Assembly (NCBI GenBank): GCA_963749705.1
Contig: CAVVNQ010000008.1
Coordinates: 160,001-224,000 of the forward strand
Length of the DNA stretch: 64,000 nt
Direction of reading: 5' to 3'
Origin: an uncultured Chloroflexia bacterium
GTDB taxonomy: Bacteria > Chloroflexota > Limnocylindria > Limnocylindrales > CSP1-4
Each line of letters opens with the position of its first letter. Position 1 is the first letter of the stretch. The translations under genes and the position numbers were made by a program. Positions 62,292 to 64,000 of this stretch are shown one piece after another. The notes below the pieces were generated by a model that worked only from the letters and a program-made list of their open reading frames with translations, had not been told where the DNA came from and did no database searches.

Positions 62292-63908
62292 ATGCGACAT
62301 CGCAAGCCATTGGCGTTCGTGACCGTCATCGCGTTGCTCGCGAGCGTGACGGCCCTGTCGGCGGGGGCCGCGCTCGCCAGACCGTCGCTGCCCGAGGGCG
62401 GCATGGCGCTCAAGCGCACGGTGAGCGTCGACATGGCCGGCTACGCCAAGCAGCATGGCCCGCACTCGCAGTTCGAGTGCATCGTCGCGAGCGGCGGCGC
62501 CAACACCGACCTCGACTGCGACGACCCGTTCCCCAACAACGAGCCCGACATCGAGGTCAATCCCGCCAACGCGAACAACATCATCGCGAGCTCGAACGAC
62601 TACGGCTCGTGCTGCGACCAGTTCTACACGTCGCTCGATGGCGCGGCGACGTGGACGACCGGCAACATGTCGATCAACAACCCGCAGCAGACCGGCAGCG
62701 ACCCGGTCACGGTGTTCGACGTCAAGCACGGCGTCGCGATGCACTCGTCGCTGAACTACTCGTTCCAGCTGCCCAGCGGCGAGGCCTGCCGTGGCGACCT
62801 GGTGGTCTCTCGGTCGATGGACGCGGGCATCACCTGGGATCCGGCGATCGTCGTCGACTCCGGGTACGGCTGCGACCTGTCGAACCACCAGCTGTTCAAC
62901 GACAAGGAATGGATCGTCACCGACAACAATCCCTCGTCGCCGTACTACGGGCGGACCTACATCACGTGGTCGAAGTTCGATTCGATCAAGGGCGCCTACC
63001 AGTCGTCCGCCATCTGGGCCACGTACTCCGATGACGGCGGCAAGCACTGGACCAAGGGCCGGGAGATCTCCGGCTCGAACGCCGATCTGTGCACGTACCA
63101 GGAGACCGGACCGGCCGGACAGTGTGACGAGGACCAGTTCTCCGTTCCCACGATCGGCCCTGACGGGACGGTCTATGTCGCCTTCCAGAACGAGCAGAAC
63201 GAGGCGTTGTGGGGCGATGGTGCGTTCGCCAACCAGTACCTGCTGGTCAAGTCCACCAACGGCGGCAGGACGTGGTCCAGCCCGACGTTCGTGGTCGGCC
63301 TGCAGGACGGCACGAACGACTACCCGACCAACGTCAGCGGGCGCCAGACGCTCACCGGCTACCAGCTTCGCGTCAACTCGGCCGGGAACATCGTGGCGGC
63401 TCCGGACGGCACCCTGTACCTGGTGTTCAGCGACAACCGCAACGGGGTCCACGATTCGGATAATCCCGTCACCAACATCGACGTGTTCGTGATGACCTCC
63501 ACCGATGGCGGGGCCAGCTGGAGCGACCCGATGGCCGTCGACACGGCAGCGGGTGACCAGTGGTTCCCGTGGGTTGCGGTCAACCCGACCGACGGCTCGA
63601 TCGGGGTCCTGTACAACGACCGCGGGGCGTCGAACGGCGATACGTACAACGCGTCGCTATCCGAGGGCACGCCCGGCTCGTTCACCAAGACCGTCGTCAG
63701 CACGGCCCCGTCCGACCCCGTGCATTCGCGGTACTTCCGAGCGGGCGAGGACGCGGTCGGCTGTGAGGCGTGCGCGACGTTCAACGGCGACTACGTCGGC
63801 CTCGACTACGGGTCCGACGGCACGGCCCACATGGCCTGGACGGACATGCGAGTCCCGTCCGACCAGGAGGGCTTCTTCTACCAGTACATCTTCTACGCCC
63901 AGAAGTAG
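62292..63908 (+). CDS. Secreted BNR/Asp-box (sialidase-like) beta-propeller protein
   Basis: Signal peptide; Asp boxes SLDGAATW, SMDAGITW, SDDGGKHW, STNGGRTW, STDGGASW; 'GDY', 'WTDMR'; GGAGGAGG RBS. Confidence 0.85.
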   Translation: MRHRKPLAFVTVIALLASVTALSAGAALARPSLPEGGMALKRTVSVDMAGYAKQHGPHSQFECIVASGGANTDLDCDDPFPNNEPDIEVNPANANNIIASSNDYGSCCDQFYTSLDGAATWTTGNMSINNPQQTGSDPVTVFDVKHGVAMHSSLNYSFQLPSGEACRGDLVVSRSMDAGITWDPAIVVDSGYGCDLSNHQLFNDKEWIVTDNNPSSPYYGRTYITWSKFDSIKGAYQSSAIWATYSDDGGKHWTKGREISGSNADLCTYQETGPAGQCDEDQFSVPTIGPDGTVYVAFQNEQNEALWGDGAFANQYLLVKSTNGGRTWSSPTFVVGLQDGTNDYPTNVSGRQTLTGYQLRVNSAGNIVAAPDGTLYLVFSDNRNGVHDSDNPVTNIDVFVMTSTDGGASWSDPMAVDTAAGDQWFPWVAVNPTDGSIGVLYNDRGASNGDTYNASLSEGTPGSFTKTVVSTAPSDPVHSRYFRAGEDAVGCEACATFNGDYVGLDYGSDGTAHMAWTDMRVPSDQEGFFYQYIFYAQK

Positions 63909-63956
63909 CCGGAAGCCTGCGCCGGTCACCGACCGGCGCCAACTCAGGCGATAACG

Positions 63957-63990
63957 GAACGGGGTCGACGCGTCGCGCCGGCCCCGTTTC
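63957..63990 (+). terminator. Terminator-like hairpin
   Basis: AACGGGGTCG...CGGCCCCGTTT inverted repeat after the last gene. Confidence 0.6.
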
Positions 63991-64000
63991 TGGGTCCTGT

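Overview
A very GC-rich bacterial chromosomal segment. Gene content and a GAAC-N4-GTTC SOS box suggest Chloroflexota, possibly Limnocylindria-like; this is inference only. Positions 1-50.9 kb are mostly housekeeping: bioY, two FtsX/LolD-type ABC pairs, tRNA-His, araA-araD-araB, pgm, a sugar ABC ATPase, nudF, pncB, glgC, an M23 hydrolase, pepA, add, ccsA and class II RNR nrdJ. After the nrdJ terminator lies a lower-GC putative defence island (IetA-like AAA ATPase, IetS-like S8 protease, PD-(D/E)XK nuclease), then accessory signalling and sulfur-relay genes. The most unusual signals are four: (i) seven GTGGA motifs phased at 21-22 bp between a LexA box and two NrdR boxes upstream of nrdJ; (ii) a solitary XRE-HTH/PD-(D/E)XK nuclease gene flanked by short periodic repeats; (iii) an orphan 62-bp-period palindromic array next to pgm; (iv) a coupled YbjN plus twin membrane-anchored gluzincin operon. 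Many genes appear leaderless. Several genes carry single-base frameshifts that are probably long-read errors. All family calls come from motif recognition by eye; no database search was run.
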